Positions 62,505 to 64,000 of a DNA stretch of 64,000 nucleotides are shown piece after piece. Below the pieces are notes generated by a model that saw nothing but the letters and a program-made list of their open reading frames with translations, was not told the DNA's origin and ran no database searches. The DNA comes from Podarcis tiliguerta (taxonomy: Eukaryota), in the NCBI GenBank assembly GCA_965153285.1, contig OZ229115.1. One strand, written 5' to 3'. The position numbers and the translations under genes are program-made. Positions within the stretch are counted from its first letter, which is position 1, and every line of letters begins with the position of its first letter.

Positions 62505-63054
62505 GCATAGGCCATGCCCTTCTTAGAGATCAACTAGCCCAGGTTTGTAGCCTCTACCCAATTTGGCAGCATGATCCATTCCAGCCTTAGGGATTCCTAT
62601 ATTGGTAGAAATGCCTGGTTCTTCTAAACAGAAAACTGAAATGAAACTCAACTGGAAGAAGCCAGTTATATATATAGAACAGGATGGAGACCAACTGGAT
62701 GAGCTGTATCTTGAAAGCTGACACAATGGGGTGCAAATGTATTGTCCAGGTGTCTCTGGTGAAATTAACTGTGTCTCTCCTCATTCTGTAGCCATTTTAT
62801 GTCTAAGGGTTTTGCCTAGGGCTCATTAAGCTTTGGGTGTCAGGTCAATAAAATGCATTCTGTGAATACCACAGATGTAATTCAGCTGAGAGAGAGAGAG
62901 ACATGAGGTGGGGAGATTATCTGTCTGCCTCCACTCCAGTTGGATATGGTTTGTTTCTCACCATAGCCTTATATAGCTGCCTGTATTTGACGGCTTGTAT
63001 GGGAAGAATGGTGTGAACAAGAGTTATGGGTCCTCCTGTGATATCACTGATGAG

Positions 63055-63185
63055 GAGTCTGTGGCCCTCCATATATCATTGGACTCCAGTTCCCATCAGC
63101 CACAGCCAGCATGGCTAATGGTCAGGGGGTGATGGGAGTTATGGTCCAACAACATCTGGAGGGTCAAAGGTGGCAGGCACCCCTG
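63055..63185. mobile_element. Palindromic hAT-type MITE (family C)
   Basis: GGCCCTCCA...GGACTCCAGTTCCCATCA...TGATGGGAGTTATGGTCCAACAACATCTGGAGGG. Confidence 0.75.
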
Positions 63186-64000
63186 AGCTAAAGGCATGAG
63201 GGAGAACAGAGCAAATCCTGTGACAAATCAGAAGTCAACCAGCCTGCTTTCAGAAAGCAAGCAGTTTTCTGTGTTTAGCAGAATCAGTCACTCTGTGTAT
63301 GTCCACTTGAAGAACTCTTGCAGAAGAAAGAAGTGAGAGATGCTAGAATGCTTCCTTAAAAACTTTCAATGAAGAAGCTGGAGGTAGGCATCCCAGTCAC
63401 ACCAACACCTCAATTGTTAAGAAGCAAAAGAGTCATTCCTCTACCCGCTGCCCAGGATGCATTTTCCCCTCCTGATTTTTTCCTTCTCCTGATTTTTCTC
63501 TGAATGAATGGAAATTTTATATTTCCAAATCTTATCAGATACTTAATGACTCAACAAACTTCAACTTTAAAACACATTTCTGTCCAAAGACTGAAAGTGC
63601 ACGTCTTGTCCAAGGCATCAACATTTGTGGAGAAGGAGACTTTAACATCCTCTACTAGAGCAAAACAAGCTGCTTCCAAACTGTCACGATTTTTGAGTGA
63701 GATTCAGTCACTTACTGACAAATTAAGGTTAAGCAGTTAGCAAACCACTTTTTTAAATAAAAAACAATCACCCAGACTTCTTGTGGTATGGAAAGTGATA
63801 GGGCAATGCAGCAGAAAGTGCAAGATAACAATCACTTGACTCAGTTATGTATAACCTCCCTGCAAACAAATCAGAAGCAGCTAACATTGAATTATCTCCA
63901 CTCTTTGTACAAGCAAACTGAGATGAATGCTCAATAAGCAGGTCTGGGAAGAAAACTGCAAAGAGTACTTTGTCATGCAAGTTAACATTATTTTATATTT

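Noticed and set aside
59365-64000. Upstream BTBD19 exons (BTB domain) or TCTEX1D4/DYNLT4
   Set aside because: No matching peptide with splice sites was found; presumed to lie right of the window.

Overview
This is vertebrate genomic DNA from a squamate. The repeat content (Sauria SINE, Bov-B, Squam3-like and tRNA-Ile/CR1-tail SINEs, Tigger-like MITEs) points to a lacertid lizard. Two intron-containing genes lie in tandem on the minus strand. The first is the 5' part of EIF2B3: a CpG-island promoter near 30.0-30.8 kb, a non-coding exon 1 and coding exons 2-5; exon 6 onward lies left of the window. The second is the last four exons of BTBD19 at 56.3-59.4 kb; its upstream exons lie right of the window. 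All nine splice-defined exons have canonical splice sites (AG/GT for internal exons), and the eight coding exons join in frame. Almost all ORF-track entries are spurious or transposon-derived. I found no convincing novel protein-coding system. Best second-look items: (1) a chimeric Bov-B/SINE array at 35-36 kb carrying the target-site sequence of a different Bov-B insertion 9 kb away, a template-switch signature; (2) a gene order different from human, with PTCH2 absent between BTBD19 and EIF2B3; (3) a long GLI-like site and a CpG-retaining motif-dense block in EIF2B3 introns; (4) a hAT-type MITE placing a ZNF143/THAP11-type motif in the EIF2B3 promoter; (5) a perfect CTCF core between the genes; (6) an orphan 30-nt minus-strand exon candidate that would be in frame with EIF2B3. 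Repeat family names come from recognition, not a database search. Repeat boundaries without TSD/TIR support are approximate.
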